This document shows positions 17,348-28,141 of a stretch of DNA of 64,000 bases, in pieces. The first letter of the stretch is position 1. Each line of letters begins with the position of its first letter. Origin of the DNA: a bacterium (GTDB lineage Bacteria; Electryoneota; Electryoneia; Electryoneales; Electryoneaceae); assembly GCA_963675295.2 (NCBI GenBank), contig CAXXKJ010000002.1, positions 4,096,001 through 4,160,000 of the forward strand, in the 5' to 3' direction. The position numbers were made by a program, and so were the translations under genes. Below the pieces are notes generated by a model. The model saw nothing but the letters and a program-made list of their open reading frames with translations, did no database searches and was not told where the DNA came from.

Positions 17348-18763
17348 TCAGTCGCTCTTCAATCCCCGCGTGAAGAACCGCGCGATGAAGAACACGATCA
17401 CCGACAGCCCAACGCCGAACACGGCGGGATCGAAGGTGGCAGCGTACGACGTAAAGCGGTAGACCATCGTCGCCGCGACGGCCACGATCATCGTCACGAA
17501 GATCGACACGTTCAGCGACTTGCTGCGTTCTTTCATCGTCGCGCCAACCACGACCGGCAGGATGATTCCCGGCGCCCAGGTGTGGTAGGTAAACAGCAGC
17601 AGCTCGATGATATCCGACCACAGGAACGCGATCAGCGTCGAGCCGGCACCGAGGATGATGGTCCAGTTGCGCGCGAGTTTGAGGATCTTCTTGTCCGCCG
17701 CTTCGCCTTTGCCACCCCACTTGAGCTGATGCTCGAACAGGTCCTTGGTGAAGATGGCGGTGGCAGAATTCAACGCAGAGTCGGCAGAGGACATCACCGC
17801 TGAGAGCAGCGCGGCGATCATGATTCCGCTGATGACCGGGTTGTGCAGCTCACGGATGACCACCGGCAGTGCCTGCTGCGGCTCGATGCCCGGGAAGTTG
17901 ACCTTGGCGTACAGCGCGATGAAGAAGACAATCAGCGGAAAGACCAGCGTCAGGAAGAAGCCGATCCCGCCGATGCCGATTTTCGTGTCGCGGACTGTCT
18001 TGCCGATGCAATAGCGGGTCGCATACCCCGGCGCGAAGGTTTCGCCAAGCAGGAACGCGAAGAAGGTTGTGATCAGGAAGGTGAAGCCCTTTCCACCATC
18101 CCATTTGAGGAATTTGGAGGATACGTCCGCCGAGACCGATTGCCACGAGGTGATGACATCCGGCGCGATGAAGCCGAGCGTGAGCAGAAAGCCCGCCATC
18201 AGGATGACAAACTGGTAGACGTCCGTATGGATGACCGCCAGCAAACCACCGGCGGTGGAGTAGATGATGACAATTGCGCCACCGATCAGGATGGCGTATT
18301 TGATTGCCTGCGAGCCTCCTTCGACGGAGGGGAGCAACGTTGACAGCACCGACCCGATCGCGGCGATTTGCGCGGCAACGATGAAGACGGAGAACAGCAG
18401 CGAGAGGATAAGCACGACGAAGCGGGTGCGTTCGTCAAAACGGTGCCCGAAATAGCCGGCAACGGTGTACAGTTCGGCTTCACGGAAGCGTGGCGCGACG
18501 ACCAGCCCGGAGAAGATGAAGTGCAGGTAGCCGCCCATGCTGACCAGCACCATCAGGATGCCCCACTCGTACGATTTCCCCACCGCGCCGATGGAATAGC
18601 CGCCACCGATGACGGTCGCACCCATGGTCGCCGAGAGCAGATACCACGGAACATTCCGTCCGGCAACGAGGAAATCGTCCGACGAGTTGATCTTCCGAAC
18701 TTTGGATACACCCTTGAAGAAGATGAAGCCGAGATAAAGGGCAAGGATCGTCCATTGAATCAT
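17348..18763 (-). CDS. Sodium:solute symporter (SSS family)
   Basis: DFLVAGR, GGLLAVIHTDVYQ and AALLSAVMSSADSALNS SSS signatures. Confidence 0.92.
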   Translation of the reverse strand: MIQWTILALYLGFIFFKGVSKVRKINSSDDFLVAGRNVPWYLLSATMGATVIGGGYSIGAVGKSYEWGILMVLVSMGGYLHFIFSGLVVAPRFREAELYTVAGYFGHRFDERTRFVVLILSLLFSVFIVAAQIAAIGSVLSTLLPSVEGGSQAIKYAILIGGAIVIIYSTAGGLLAVIHTDVYQFVILMAGFLLTLGFIAPDVITSWQSVSADVSSKFLKWDGGKGFTFLITTFFAFLLGETFAPGYATRYCIGKTVRDTKIGIGGIGFFLTLVFPLIVFFIALYAKVNFPGIEPQQALPVVIRELHNPVISGIMIAALLSAVMSSADSALNSATAIFTKDLFEHQLKWGGKGEAADKKILKLARNWTIILGAGSTLIAFLWSDIIELLLFTYHTWAPGIILPVVVGATMKERSKSLNVSIFVTMIVAVAATMVYRFTSYAATFDPAVFGVGLSVIVFFIARFFTRGLKSD

Positions 18764-18830
18764 ACTTTCAGAGATACGACCCTCCCCCTTTCCATGCGGT
18801 GGTTAGTTGAAATGCTGGAAAATTAACAGT

Positions 18831-20000
18831 TTAACTGATGGACAACTTGTCCTCGATATCCTCGGTAACCACCGGCGGCAACTCGACATGCTTGGACGAA
18901 TCCAGCGTCTTGCTGTATTCGTCAATCGACGGCGTCACCACTTTTTCGATGTATGGTCCTAGCATCAGGCGCGCGAGGGCGCCATACGATGGGCGGAACC
19001 GGACCGGATCACCGATCTTCAGGTTGGCTGGATTGTCGCCGAGATAAATGACGGACACGTCACTGCTCGCGCCGACGATCTTGTGCGCCGGATTGACCGG
19101 AGTCAGGCCACCCATTTCGGTATCGAGTTGACCCATCGTGACCAGCGCACGGTAGCCGCGTTGGCCGGGTTCGTACTCGGTATTGTCCAGATTCTCGAAC
19201 GGGGTAATGGTCAGCGTATCCGCAGGAGCGGTGAGGCTTTTCTCCTTGATCTCAACGATCTCGGTCTCCAAGGTAAACGCGTCCCCGCGCAATCCCTCGA
19301 GCAGACCACCGCGAACCAGATCCGACCCGAGGAACACCGATTCGCCGATGCGGAAATGGTTGATCTGTTCCGGGATACGTCCTTCCAGCAGCAACGGCAG
19401 GATGGAACTTGAACCACCGGAAATCATCGGCAGTGGCCGTTGGAATTTCAGCTCGAGCAGTTCCTTGTACAGCACCAGTTGCATCACCTGGTCGAGGTTC
19501 GGCACCGCTCCGGCAAGGCAGCCGAGGTTCGCTCCGATCCCGAGCACGTCGATGTGGGACAAATCGAAGATCTGCTGGTAAAACTCGACAAGTGTGCCGG
19601 GTGAAATGCCCTCCCGTAAATCCCCCAGTTCGATCATGATCACGATCCGGTGGACCTGGTCGATCTTCTTCGCCTCTTCGTTTAGTGCCTTGATGATCTC
19701 GATTTCGGAATTGAGGCTGACGTCCGCCAGTTTGACGATCCGGGGCAGGGCGGTCATGTGTGGCAGGCGCAGGTACCAGGCTTCGAAATCGGGATTGACT
19801 CGTTCGATCGACTGCAGGTTGCTGAGGCGGGAATCCGCCATCGACCGCACTCCGATCTTCTGGAGGGCAGCCAGGGTGTCCGAATGGCCGCACAGCACCT
19901 TGGTCACCAGTGTCCAGCCGGCGTCATGCGCCTTCATCCAGCCGTCGATGACCTCAATGTTGTGCCGCAACACATCGAGGTTGATGATCAACCTATTCAT
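18831..20000 (-). CDS. PLP-dependent alanine/ornithine racemase-family protein (fold type III)
   Basis: VTKVLCG (PLP Lys), ADSRL.N, SLNSE, MIELGDLREG, ISGGSS, FRIGES, GASSD. Confidence 0.87.
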   Translation of the reverse strand: MNRLIINLDVLRHNIEVIDGWMKAHDAGWTLVTKVLCGHSDTLAALQKIGVRSMADSRLSNLQSIERVNPDFEAWYLRLPHMTALPRIVKLADVSLNSEIEIIKALNEEAKKIDQVHRIVIMIELGDLREGISPGTLVEFYQQIFDLSHIDVLGIGANLGCLAGAVPNLDQVMQLVLYKELLELKFQRPLPMISGGSSSILPLLLEGRIPEQINHFRIGESVFLGSDLVRGGLLEGLRGDAFTLETEIVEIKEKSLTAPADTLTITPFENLDNTEYEPGQRGYRALVTMGQLDTEMGGLTPVNPAHKIVGASSDVSVIYLGDNPANLKIGDPVRFRPSYGALARLMLGPYIEKVVTPSIDEYSKTLDSSKHVELPPVVTEDIEDKLSIS

Positions 20001-20464
20001 TTCTTGTACCTCATATCCGCGTACTTGGTAGTGAATCCGATCCGTTCGTACAACCGCTTGGCCGGATTCTGATACTCCACGTGCAACTTCACATCACCGT
20101 CCGCTTCGTTGAGGCAGAAATCAATCAGCTTGCGTCCCACACCCTGCCCGCGGGTTTCGGGATCGACGGTCACCATCAGCAGCAGCCACTCGGGGATGTA
20201 GCCCTTCATGCCGGTTCTCAGCATCAGGCACGCGCCGAGCAGGTTTTCGTCACGATGTGCGAGGGCGAGGAATCCGCCCTGCCCTTCGCCGGGTTCGAAA
20301 GCGTAGTCCAGTGAGCGCTTGACATCTTCGAGGGGGTCCTCGTACGGGACCATGGTTTTGTGGAAGTAGTCGGCAATCCGTTCACGGGTTGCCCAGGCGG
20401 GGAACTCTTCCCAACGGTCAATGCGGAGAAAATCGGTGGAAACTTCGGTGCTTGCGCTGCTCAC
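19997..20464 (-). CDS. GNAT-family N-acetyltransferase
   Basis: VDPETRGQGVGRKL acetyl-CoA motif A; LHVEYQNPAKRLYERIGF; overlaps the racemase start. Confidence 0.9.
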   Translation of the reverse strand: MSSASTEVSTDFLRIDRWEEFPAWATRERIADYFHKTMVPYEDPLEDVKRSLDYAFEPGEGQGGFLALAHRDENLLGACLMLRTGMKGYIPEWLLLMVTVDPETRGQGVGRKLIDFCLNEADGDVKLHVEYQNPAKRLYERIGFTTKYADMRYKK

Positions 20465-20578
20465 AGCGGCTCCTGGTTTGTTGAAACAGCAATGATGGAG
20501 GTGACTTGAAACAATCTGGAAGAAGTTTCAAACTTTCAGAATTCATCTCCGGAAGAATCATACAAACTACAAATTCAA

Positions 20579-20612
20579 CAAATTGAATTCAAACGAATTT
20601 GAATGCAATTTG
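20579..20612. promoter_or_regulatory. AT-rich 15-bp inverted repeat upstream of the GNAT operon (operator or terminator)
   Basis: CAAATTGAATTCAAA-CGAA-TTTGAATGCAATTTG, one mismatch. Confidence 0.45.
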
Positions 20613-20695
20613 ATGCTCGGAGAAATGAGTTCAGATGAGTTGGGAAGGCCTTAAAAAGTCCGAACAATACTACGCCAGCCCGTACCAGTGTTGCC

Positions 20696-21310
20696 TCAGG
20701 GCCGTTTCGGCAGGCCCGCGCGCATGGCGGGAACCGCGCGCAGGATGTATTCGATCATTGACGCCAGCGTCACCAGGATCACGATCCACGAAATGATGAG
20801 CACCGGCGCTGGTTTGAAAATGTCGGTGAACAGGAATGCTTCCCAGATCGTTCGTTCGCGCACCGGCCAGAACACCGGCGACAGAACCAGCAGAAACGCG
20901 CCCGCCGCCTGCACGACGGCTTTCGCCTTGCCGCTGATGTGCGCGGAGGCGGATTTGCCGGACCGGGTGACGATCACGCGCGTGTAGGCGACGGTCACAT
21001 CGCGGATTGCCATCACAATCGGCACCGCCATCAGCGCCAGGTTGTCGAACGCCAATGCGGTGTAGGTGATCAATCGGGCGGTAGAATCGGCGTACGGGTC
21101 CAGCGTCGCGCCGAGTTCGCTGGTGAGGTTGTATTTCCGGGCGATGAAACCATCGAGGAAGTCGCTAAGCTCGATGATCACCAGCAGGATCAGGGTAACG
21201 GTCAACGTTGCCGGGGAATACTCGGTGGACAGCAGCCACAGCAGCAAGACCAGCGCGATGGGAATGCGGACCAGAGTCAGCATCAGCAGACGCAGATACG
21301 GATTGCTCAC
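20696..21310 (-). CDS. CDP-alcohol phosphatidyltransferase (PgsA-like)
   Basis: SDFLDGFIARKYNLTSELGATLDPYAD matches the DxxDGxxAR...GxxxDxxxD motif. Confidence 0.88.
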   Translation of the reverse strand: MSNPYLRLLMLTLVRIPIALVLLLWLLSTEYSPATLTVTLILLVIIELSDFLDGFIARKYNLTSELGATLDPYADSTARLITYTALAFDNLALMAVPIVMAIRDVTVAYTRVIVTRSGKSASAHISGKAKAVVQAAGAFLLVLSPVFWPVRERTIWEAFLFTDIFKPAPVLIISWIVILVTLASMIEYILRAVPAMRAGLPKRP

Positions 21311-21401
21311 GGTTTTCCCCCGATCATGGTTGTTTCGCCCCGCCCTGCCTGACTATAGTGCGTAAACGTTACGAGTGTGTGCAATTCAGGAGTCGTACTG
21401 G

Positions 21402-22436
21402 ATGGACGTTGCCGAGCTGTGGAACAAAGCGTTGGAAACGGTGACCACATGGGCGCCGGTCGTGCTGCGCGTATTGCTGATCATGATCGTTCTGGTCGTG
21501 GTCTGGGGCCTGCTGCAGGCGTTGGTCAAACGATTCATGATCCGGGAGAAACCGGGTGACAGCGGCGGGTCGAAACGGCTGCAGACCCTCGCGGTCATTT
21601 CCCGCAGCGTGATCAACGTGGCGTTACTGGCGCTAGGCGTGACCTGGGTGTTGAGCGAACTGGGGATCAACCTCGGCCCCGTGCTCGCCGCCGCCGGTGT
21701 GTTGGGCCTCGCGATTGGTTTCGGCGCACAAAGCCTGGTCGCGGATGTGCTGAACGGATTCTTCATGATCCTCGAAGGGCAGGTGCGTGTCGGCGACTGG
21801 ATCCTGACCAAGGAGGGTAGCCGTGGACGAGTCGAGCAGATCACCATGCGCACCCTGATCCTGCGCGACCTAGAGGGCAATGTCCACATCATCCCGCACA
21901 GTATGGTGGAAACCGTGGTTAACATGACCATGGCGTATTCCATCTGCCAGATCGACCTTGGTGTTGCGTACCGTGAGGACGCCGACGAAGTCCTGCGCGT
22001 GCTCGAGGAAGAAGCGCTGAAGCTGCAGAAGGATGAGACCGTGGGACGCTTCATTCTCGGCCCGGCGGAAATCCTCGGCATCACCGAGTTCGGCGACTCG
22101 GCGATTGTCTACCGGCTGCGGATCAAGACCGAAACCGGCCGTCAGTGGGCGGTGCGGCGGATGTACAACCTCTACATCAAGCGCCGTTTCGACGCCGACG
22201 GTATCGAGATTCCGTTCCCGCACATCACCCTCTACGCCGGCGAGGACAAGGAAGGCAACGCGCCGGCATTTCCGATCCGGCAGAAACAGGGAGACGTGCC
22301 GTCCCCGGATGAACAAAAAGCGTCCCAGAGCAAATCAATCGCCGAACCGAAGAAACAAGTCCGCATCAACCCCGGACCGGAGAGCGGACCGGAAGAAGAA
22401 CGCGAACCGATTGCCGGAGAAGGGAAAGACGATTGA
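21402..22436 (+). CDS. Small-conductance mechanosensitive channel (MscS family)
   Basis: AGGAG RBS; AAAGVLGLAIGFGAQSLVAD...GFF, VGDWI, G.VE.IT.R...LRD..G....IP, GIEIPFP. Confidence 0.92.
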   Translation: MDVAELWNKALETVTTWAPVVLRVLLIMIVLVVVWGLLQALVKRFMIREKPGDSGGSKRLQTLAVISRSVINVALLALGVTWVLSELGINLGPVLAAAGVLGLAIGFGAQSLVADVLNGFFMILEGQVRVGDWILTKEGSRGRVEQITMRTLILRDLEGNVHIIPHSMVETVVNMTMAYSICQIDLGVAYREDADEVLRVLEEEALKLQKDETVGRFILGPAEILGITEFGDSAIVYRLRIKTETGRQWAVRRMYNLYIKRRFDADGIEIPFPHITLYAGEDKEGNAPAFPIRQKQGDVPSPDEQKASQSKSIAEPKKQVRINPGPESGPEEEREPIAGEGKDD

Positions 22437-22444
22437 CGGAATCA

Positions 22445-22475
22445 ACAACGCCCGCGGAAATACCGCGGGCGTTGT
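22445..22475. terminator. Hairpin between convergent genes (probable bidirectional terminator)
   Basis: ACAACGCCCGCGG-AAATA-CCGCGGGCGTTGT, a perfect 13-bp stem just after the mscS stop. Confidence 0.65.
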
Positions 22476-22520
22476 CGTATCTGCCAGGGTTCGGCGTCTG
22501 AGCAGAGTTTTTCCCACCCC

Positions 22521-25106
22521 CTATCTCATGTACACCAGTTTCCGTGTCTGCAGCGGCTGATTGTTCACCGTTGCCCGCACGAAATAGACTCCGCTCGCGG
22601 CGTCCTTGGGTGTCCAGGTTACGGCATGTGTTCCGGCGGATAGTCGGCCATCTGTGAGTGTGGCGACATTGCGGCCTTGAGTATTGTAGACCGTCACGTT
22701 TACCACCGCTTCATCCGGCAGCGACAGGGTCAGCGACGTCGACGGGTTGAATGGATTCGGCCATGCCTCGCTGAGTGTGCAGCTGGTCGGGATGCCGGAT
22801 TCACCCTGAGCAAGCTCCGCAGCAGATTCAGCCAACCATTCGCCGTGCTCCCATCCGGGAGTACCATCCACACCCAGTGCAGTTTTGTTGAACATGAACG
22901 CATGGGTTGTCACGACAACATTGGGGTAATAGCCAAGGTATGCATCCAGTCTGTATTCTCCCGCCGGGGCTATCCCCGGAATGGTTTGAGTGAGACCGGT
23001 GTACATCGTAGTACCAGGTGTGACGGTTAACGGACTGCGAAACGTCTCAATCACCTGGCTGTTGGGAAACGTCAACTTGACCCAAGCCTGCCCGGATACC
23101 GGTTCCGTAAGGCTACTTAGGATCTCAGCGTCGTAGACTACATCACCACCCTCTGCGGGGATGACAGTACTGACCGGGGTCAGAGTCAGGGCCACTATCG
23201 ACGTGTTTCTGTCGTAGGAATATTGATATAGCCCGTAATCGTACAGCAAGTACAGGTATCCATCAACCGCAGCGAGATCCTTGCCCCAGCCTGGTGCATC
23301 TGCACTGGCAATCAGCAACGGGTTGTCGAGGTTGCGGATATCGTACATGCGCACTTCGTCGGTCGTGCTGAGGAAAAACAAGTCCCCCTCAAAGTCAAAT
23401 GCGACACCTTCTGATTCACGGAACAGTGCCGGAAACTCGTAGGCCAGCTGCATCACGTTTGGATCGGTGATATCGTAGAGTCGCACATACGCGATGTTCA
23501 AACTGGAATTGAGTCCCAGGGTAGCGATACGGCCGTTGTCCACCTTGAAGCCGTTGTCCTCTGCTTCGATCAGCGCTGGATCTTCAGCCACAAAGACCGG
23601 ATTGGCGAGATCGGAACAGTCGTAGATGTCAACGTAGCCGGTCTGGGAATTGATGACGTAGAGAGTTGATCCTTCCGCCGCGATTTTTCCCTCGGTTGGA
23701 TTGATCTCGTGGATCGCGACCAGAGCGGGGTGTGTTGGATCGGCAAGGCTGAAGAACCAGATTTCCGTATCCTGGCTGAGGTACAGGGCACCGTCCGCAA
23801 CTGCAATCGCTCCGTCGGATACGTGCCCGCATTCAAGATTGTCCGTTCGATGTGGAGCGGACGGATCACTCAGATCCACGGTACTCAGCTCGGTGTAGTA
23901 CTCTGTCTGCGGTTTATGACAGACGTACAGGTATGGCCCATTGAGGAACATATCCCGGATTTCGCTGTTGTTGAATGCCAGATATTCGAAGGGTTCCAGC
24001 ATCTGCGAAAAATCGTCAACAAGGATGCCGTCTACCTCCATCCCGGTTGCGGCGTATTGACCGTTCGCGACAACCATAGACGCTTCGCTGTAAGACATCC
24101 CCGGATAGATAAGAGGCTGAGATGGAGTGGAATAATCAATCAGGTCAAGCCATCCTTCGGGCGCATGATCGCCGAGTGAGCAGAAGTAAATCATTCGACC
24201 GCCGGCAGGATGGGCGAAGGCAAAGTCCATTTCCCAAGCGATGGAATTGACCAACTGAGGATTCAACGGATCTTGCAGGCGGTAACATCTCGTTTCCGAG
24301 AGATACGCTGTGATGAGTAAATCATTGATCAGCACACCGTCGCCACCATTCAGTTCGCCGATGTAGGCTCCGTCTTCCATGTTGTAAACATGGGTTTCAT
24401 AGCTACCTGAGACATATGCAGCACCGCCATAAACGTTCGAAGCGATCGCACCATAGTCACCTGTATAGATCGGATCAGCTAGTGGCAGAAATTCGATATC
24501 CATGATATCGCTGACGTCCAGCACTTGTACGCTCATGAAGCTATCGTACCTGCCCCCGGTGTAGAACACATAGGCAAGCCGTCGTTCCATGCCCCGCAAC
24601 AACACAGCTGTTTGACCGAGATATTGTGTGGTCACCAGGGGTGGTGAGATGCGATCCGCCTGGATATCGTAGAAACCGAGTTCAGCAGTCGTCGTTCGTG
24701 CAACCACATACTCAGTCCCGCCTGCATCGGTTACAACCGTTGGATGCCGGTTTATAAACGGGTTATTCCCCACGTTCGCTGGATTTGAGGGATCGCCGAT
24801 ATCGAAGACGTAGTAACTGTTACTCGGATACAGGTAGGTATCATAGATGAACAGCTGGCCGTAGTTGCCTTCATCGTTGACCTGAGAAATCAATTCAGGA
24901 TGGTCCGGGTCGGCTACATCGTAGAACAGCATTCCTTCATTCGTCGTCGAGATGATCAACGTATTGCCGGTTCCGCTACCACCCTGGATGTAGCTGTAAT
25001 GGACGGCTTTTGACAATCCAACCGAACCGGGCAGGATTTCCTGGGCCAGGGTAGGAGATGTGAAAATCAGCACAAGAATGTGGGTGATGGACAGGATAGT
25101 TTTCAT
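22521..25106 (-). CDS. Secreted LVIVD-repeat protein with Ig-like domain and T9SS-like C-terminal domain
   Basis: Signal peptide MKTILSITHILVLIFTSPTLA; many D(V/I/L).DP..P blades; IPGIAPAGEY domain; WPNPFNP...YNTQGR...SGVYFV...RKLVYMR. Confidence 0.82.
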   Translation of the reverse strand: MKTILSITHILVLIFTSPTLAQEILPGSVGLSKAVHYSYIQGGSGTGNTLIISTTNEGMLFYDVADPDHPELISQVNDEGNYGQLFIYDTYLYPSNSYYVFDIGDPSNPANVGNNPFINRHPTVVTDAGGTEYVVARTTTAELGFYDIQADRISPPLVTTQYLGQTAVLLRGMERRLAYVFYTGGRYDSFMSVQVLDVSDIMDIEFLPLADPIYTGDYGAIASNVYGGAAYVSGSYETHVYNMEDGAYIGELNGGDGVLINDLLITAYLSETRCYRLQDPLNPQLVNSIAWEMDFAFAHPAGGRMIYFCSLGDHAPEGWLDLIDYSTPSQPLIYPGMSYSEASMVVANGQYAATGMEVDGILVDDFSQMLEPFEYLAFNNSEIRDMFLNGPYLYVCHKPQTEYYTELSTVDLSDPSAPHRTDNLECGHVSDGAIAVADGALYLSQDTEIWFFSLADPTHPALVAIHEINPTEGKIAAEGSTLYVINSQTGYVDIYDCSDLANPVFVAEDPALIEAEDNGFKVDNGRIATLGLNSSLNIAYVRLYDITDPNVMQLAYEFPALFRESEGVAFDFEGDLFFLSTTDEVRMYDIRNLDNPLLIASADAPGWGKDLAAVDGYLYLLYDYGLYQYSYDRNTSIVALTLTPVSTVIPAEGGDVVYDAEILSSLTEPVSGQAWVKLTFPNSQVIETFRSPLTVTPGTTMYTGLTQTIPGIAPAGEYRLDAYLGYYPNVVVTTHAFMFNKTALGVDGTPGWEHGEWLAESAAELAQGESGIPTSCTLSEAWPNPFNPSTSLTLSLPDEAVVNVTVYNTQGRNVATLTDGRLSAGTHAVTWTPKDAASGVYFVRATVNNQPLQTRKLVYMR

Positions 25107-25361
25107 GGGTCCGTCCCGCAAGTTGAACCTGCTTGATTCAATTCAATTGATCTGGTGTCCTGAATCTACGCTCGCCGGATCAGTCTCCCTCAGATCAACT
25201 GGTTATCAGTGTGTAATGTGGGCCGAGCGACTCAGAAACAACAGGATTAGGTGCGGAAAACAAAGAAATAATCTACCATGAGCATCTTCCCGAATGCCAT
25301 GTCTTCCTGCATTCGATGCGGATTGTTCATTGCTTCAGATTAGTATATGGTGAGACGATGG

Positions 25362-25404
25362 AAAAATACAAAGCGAACCGGACAAATTGTCCGATTCGCT
25401 TTGT
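25362..25404 (-). terminator. Intrinsic terminator downstream of typA
   Basis: Long stem ACAAAGCGAATCGGACA...TGTCCGGTTCGCTTTGT on the minus strand, followed by ATTTTT. Confidence 0.65.
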
Positions 25405-25424
25405 CTGAAACTCTCATGTATTCC

Positions 25425-25450
25425 TGTGGAACGGGTTTCAGCCCGGTACA
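25425..25450. repeat. REP-like palindrome CGGGTTTCAGCCCG
   Basis: TGTGGAACGGGTTTCAGCCCGGTACA next to the typA stop; the core resembles the GGACTTCAGTCC family at 11401/11474/28067. Confidence 0.45.
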
Positions 25451-25452
25451 GC

Positions 25453-27282
25453 TTACACAGCCGCTTTCTTCTCCGCCTTGCGCATCGCGTCCTCGGACAG
25501 CCAGCGTTTGCGGATGCGCAATGATTCCGGCGTCACCTCGACCAGTTCGTCCTCGGCGATGAATTCCAGCGCGGTTTCCAGCGTCAGGATGCGTGGCGGG
25601 TGCAGCATGTAGTTATCGTCACTGCCGGCGGCGCGCATGTTGGTCAGCTTCTTTTCCTTCGTCGGATTGACCCACATGTTGTCGCTGCGGCTGTTTTCGC
25701 CGACCACCATGCCGGAATAGACTTCCACCGTCGGTCCGACAAACATCTGCCCGCGTTCCTGCAGGTTCTGCAACGCATACGATGTCGACTTGCCCATCCG
25801 GTCGGCGACCAGCGCGCCGGTCTTGCGGTGCGGAATTTCGCCGGCGTGTTCACGCCAATCGAGGAAGATGTGGTTGATGATCGCGGTGCCGCGGGTTTCG
25901 ACCAGCAGTTGCGACCGCAGACCGATCAGGCCTCGCATCGGCACCTCGAACTCAAGCCGTACCCACCCGGACGAATGGTTAACCATCTTCAACATCCGGC
26001 CCTTGCGGAAGCCCATCGTCTGGGTGATCGTGCCGATATATTCTTCCGGGCAATCGAGAATCAACTGTTCCCACGGTTCGAGTAACGTGCCGTTCTCGTC
26101 CAGATGCGTCAGCACCTTCGGCTTGCCGACCGCGACCTCGTAGCCCTCACGCCGCATCGTTTCGAGCAGGATCGCGAACTGCAATTCGCCACGTCCGAGC
26201 ACCTTGAACGAATCCGCCGAGCCGGTTTCTTCGACCCGCAGACTGGGGTTACCCTGGATTTCCTTAAACAGGCGGTCGCGCAACTGACGGCTGGTGACGT
26301 ATTTCCCTTCCCGTCCGGCGAACGGGCTGGTATTGACAGAGAAGACCATCTCCAGCGACGGTTCGTCAATGTGCAGCTCCGGCAATGGACGCGGATCGTC
26401 GGGATCGGTCAATGTCCAGCCGAGCTGGATGCCCTCGATCCCAGCGATGGCGACAATGTCACCCGGCTGCGCGCGGTCAATGTCGATGCGTTTCAACCCG
26501 GAGTAGCTGTACAGCTTGGTGATCTTCGCCTTGTGGCCGCCGGTCCCGCCGGTCATCAGGATGGTGTCGCCAACGTTCAACACGCCGTTGCTGACACGCC
26601 CGATGCCGATCCGCCCGAGATAATCGCTGTAGTCGAGCGTGGTGATCTGCAGCTGCAATGGGTGGTTTTCGGTGTACGTCGGCGGCGGCACATGCTCGAT
26701 GATCATCTGGAACAACGGGCGCAGGTCGGTGCCCTCGACGTCGGGGTCGAGCGTTGCGGTGCCGGTCTTCGCGATGGTGTAGATAATCGGGAAATTGCAC
26801 TGTTCTTCGGACGCGTCAAGGTCGAGGAACAGGTCGAGAACTTCATCCTCGACTTCGCCAAGGCGGGCGTCCGGACGGTCGATCTTGTTGATCACCACGA
26901 TCGGGCTCAAGCCGGCCTCGAGGGCGTTGGAGAGCACGTACCGTGTTTGCGGCAACGGTCCCTCGGACGCGTCCACCAGCAGCAGGCAGCCGTCCACCAT
27001 CTTCAGAACGCGTTGCACCTCGCCGCCAAAGTCGGCGTGGCCGGGAGTATCGACGATGTTGATCGTCGTGCCCGCCCAGTTGATCGCGGTGTTCTTGGCG
27101 AGGATGGTGATGCCCTTTTCGCGCTCGAGATCGTTGCTGTCGAGCACGCGCTCAGCGACCTGTTCATTGGCGCGGAACAGGCCGGCCTGGTGCAGCATGG
27201 CGTCCACGAGGGTGGTCTTGCCGTGGTCGACATGCGCGATGATCGCGAGGTTTCGCAGGTTGTTACGAGACTGTATCGGCAC
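25453..27282 (-). CDS. typA: Translational GTPase TypA/BipA
   Basis: [69 protein letters not shown]. Confidence 0.97.
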   Translation of the reverse strand: MPIQSRNNLRNLAIIAHVDHGKTTLVDAMLHQAGLFRANEQVAERVLDSNDLEREKGITILAKNTAINWAGTTINIVDTPGHADFGGEVQRVLKMVDGCLLLVDASEGPLPQTRYVLSNALEAGLSPIVVINKIDRPDARLGEVEDEVLDLFLDLDASEEQCNFPIIYTIAKTGTATLDPDVEGTDLRPLFQMIIEHVPPPTYTENHPLQLQITTLDYSDYLGRIGIGRVSNGVLNVGDTILMTGGTGGHKAKITKLYSYSGLKRIDIDRAQPGDIVAIAGIEGIQLGWTLTDPDDPRPLPELHIDEPSLEMVFSVNTSPFAGREGKYVTSRQLRDRLFKEIQGNPSLRVEETGSADSFKVLGRGELQFAILLETMRREGYEVAVGKPKVLTHLDENGTLLEPWEQLILDCPEEYIGTITQTMGFRKGRMLKMVNHSSGWVRLEFEVPMRGLIGLRSQLLVETRGTAIINHIFLDWREHAGEIPHRKTGALVADRMGKSTSYALQNLQERGQMFVGPTVEVYSGMVVGENSRSDNMWVNPTKEKKLTNMRAAGSDDNYMLHPPRILTLETALEFIAEDELVEVTPESLRIRKRWLSEDAMRKAEKKAAV

Positions 27283-27506
27283 TAGGTACTCCGGAATCTC
27301 TGGTCTGGTACGGAAGTTTCAATATGGGTCCGCATGGAGGGAAGCATGCGGACAGCCGCGGTCTCTCATCGTGCGGAGGAGGCGGAAGATAGTGAGGAAA
27401 GGGGTGAGATGTGCGAATGTTGACCTGAGCTGCGAGGCACGGTGCGTGGACCGGTCTGGTGAAGTTGCCGGGTCAGGCAGCAATTGGTTGAGACCTGAAC
27501 GAAAAC

Positions 27507-27576
27507 GGGGACAGCCGTTTGCGACTGTCCCCAATAGTTCACTCACAACTCATCACTCATCAACTCACAACTCATC
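27507..27576. repeat. GGGGACAG...CTGTCCCC palindrome followed by a 7-bp (ACTCAYM) array
   Basis: Hairpin at 27507-27532; ACTCACA ACTCATC ACTCATC A ACTCACA ACTCATC at 27541-27576, overlapping the receiver gene's stop. Confidence 0.7.
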
Positions 27577-27958
27577 AATCCCCGGTCAGGGATTTGGCGA
27601 CGTCGATGAACTCGGTTTTGTCGATTGGTTTCTCGAAATAAGCTTCCGGCGGCGGCAGCTTCCGGTGCTGCTCGATGAAGCGCTTGAATTCCGGTGTGAT
27701 GCCGGTGACGACCGCGACGGGGATGTCTTTCAGTTCATCGTCCATTTTCAGGTCGTGGTACATCCGCAGCCCGGACTCTTCCGGCATGCTGATGTCGAGC
27801 GTGATCAGGTCCGGATGCAGCGCTTTCGCCTGCGACATGCCGATGCGGCCGTTCGCGGCGGTATCGGTCTTGAATCCGTTGTCTTCCAGCAGAATGGTCA
27901 GGAACGAGCTGACATCCGGCTCATCCTCGACGATCAGCACGAGCTTCTGGTCGCTCAT
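27575..27958 (-). CDS. Single-domain response regulator
   Basis: VLIVEDE, PDLITLDISMPEESG, IPVAVVTG, YFEKP. Confidence 0.9.
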   Translation of the reverse strand: MSDQKLVLIVEDEPDVSSFLTILLEDNGFKTDTAANGRIGMSQAKALHPDLITLDISMPEESGLRMYHDLKMDDELKDIPVAVVTGITPEFKRFIEQHRKLPPPEAYFEKPIDKTEFIDVAKSLTGD

Positions 27959-28066
27959 GGGGGCCCCCAAACGTTTGTTCTGCGCGGACTTTGATCCGCG
28001 TGAGTTGATATCGTATGAATGATCCCGGCCAGCCAGCTGGTCGGGGCAAACGGCATCTGTCTGTAT

Positions 28067-28138
28067 CTCACCACGGACTGAAGTCCGTGGTAAGGTTTCG
28101 ATACGGGGACACATTGAGGACAATGTGTCCCCGTATCG
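28067..28138. repeat. Adjacent REP-like palindromes of two families
   Basis: ACCACGGACTGAAGTCCGTGGT (28070-28091) and the perfect 18-bp stem CGATACGGGGACACATTG-AGGA-CAATGTGTCCCCGTATCG (28099-28138). Confidence 0.8.
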
Positions 28139-28141
28139 CGC

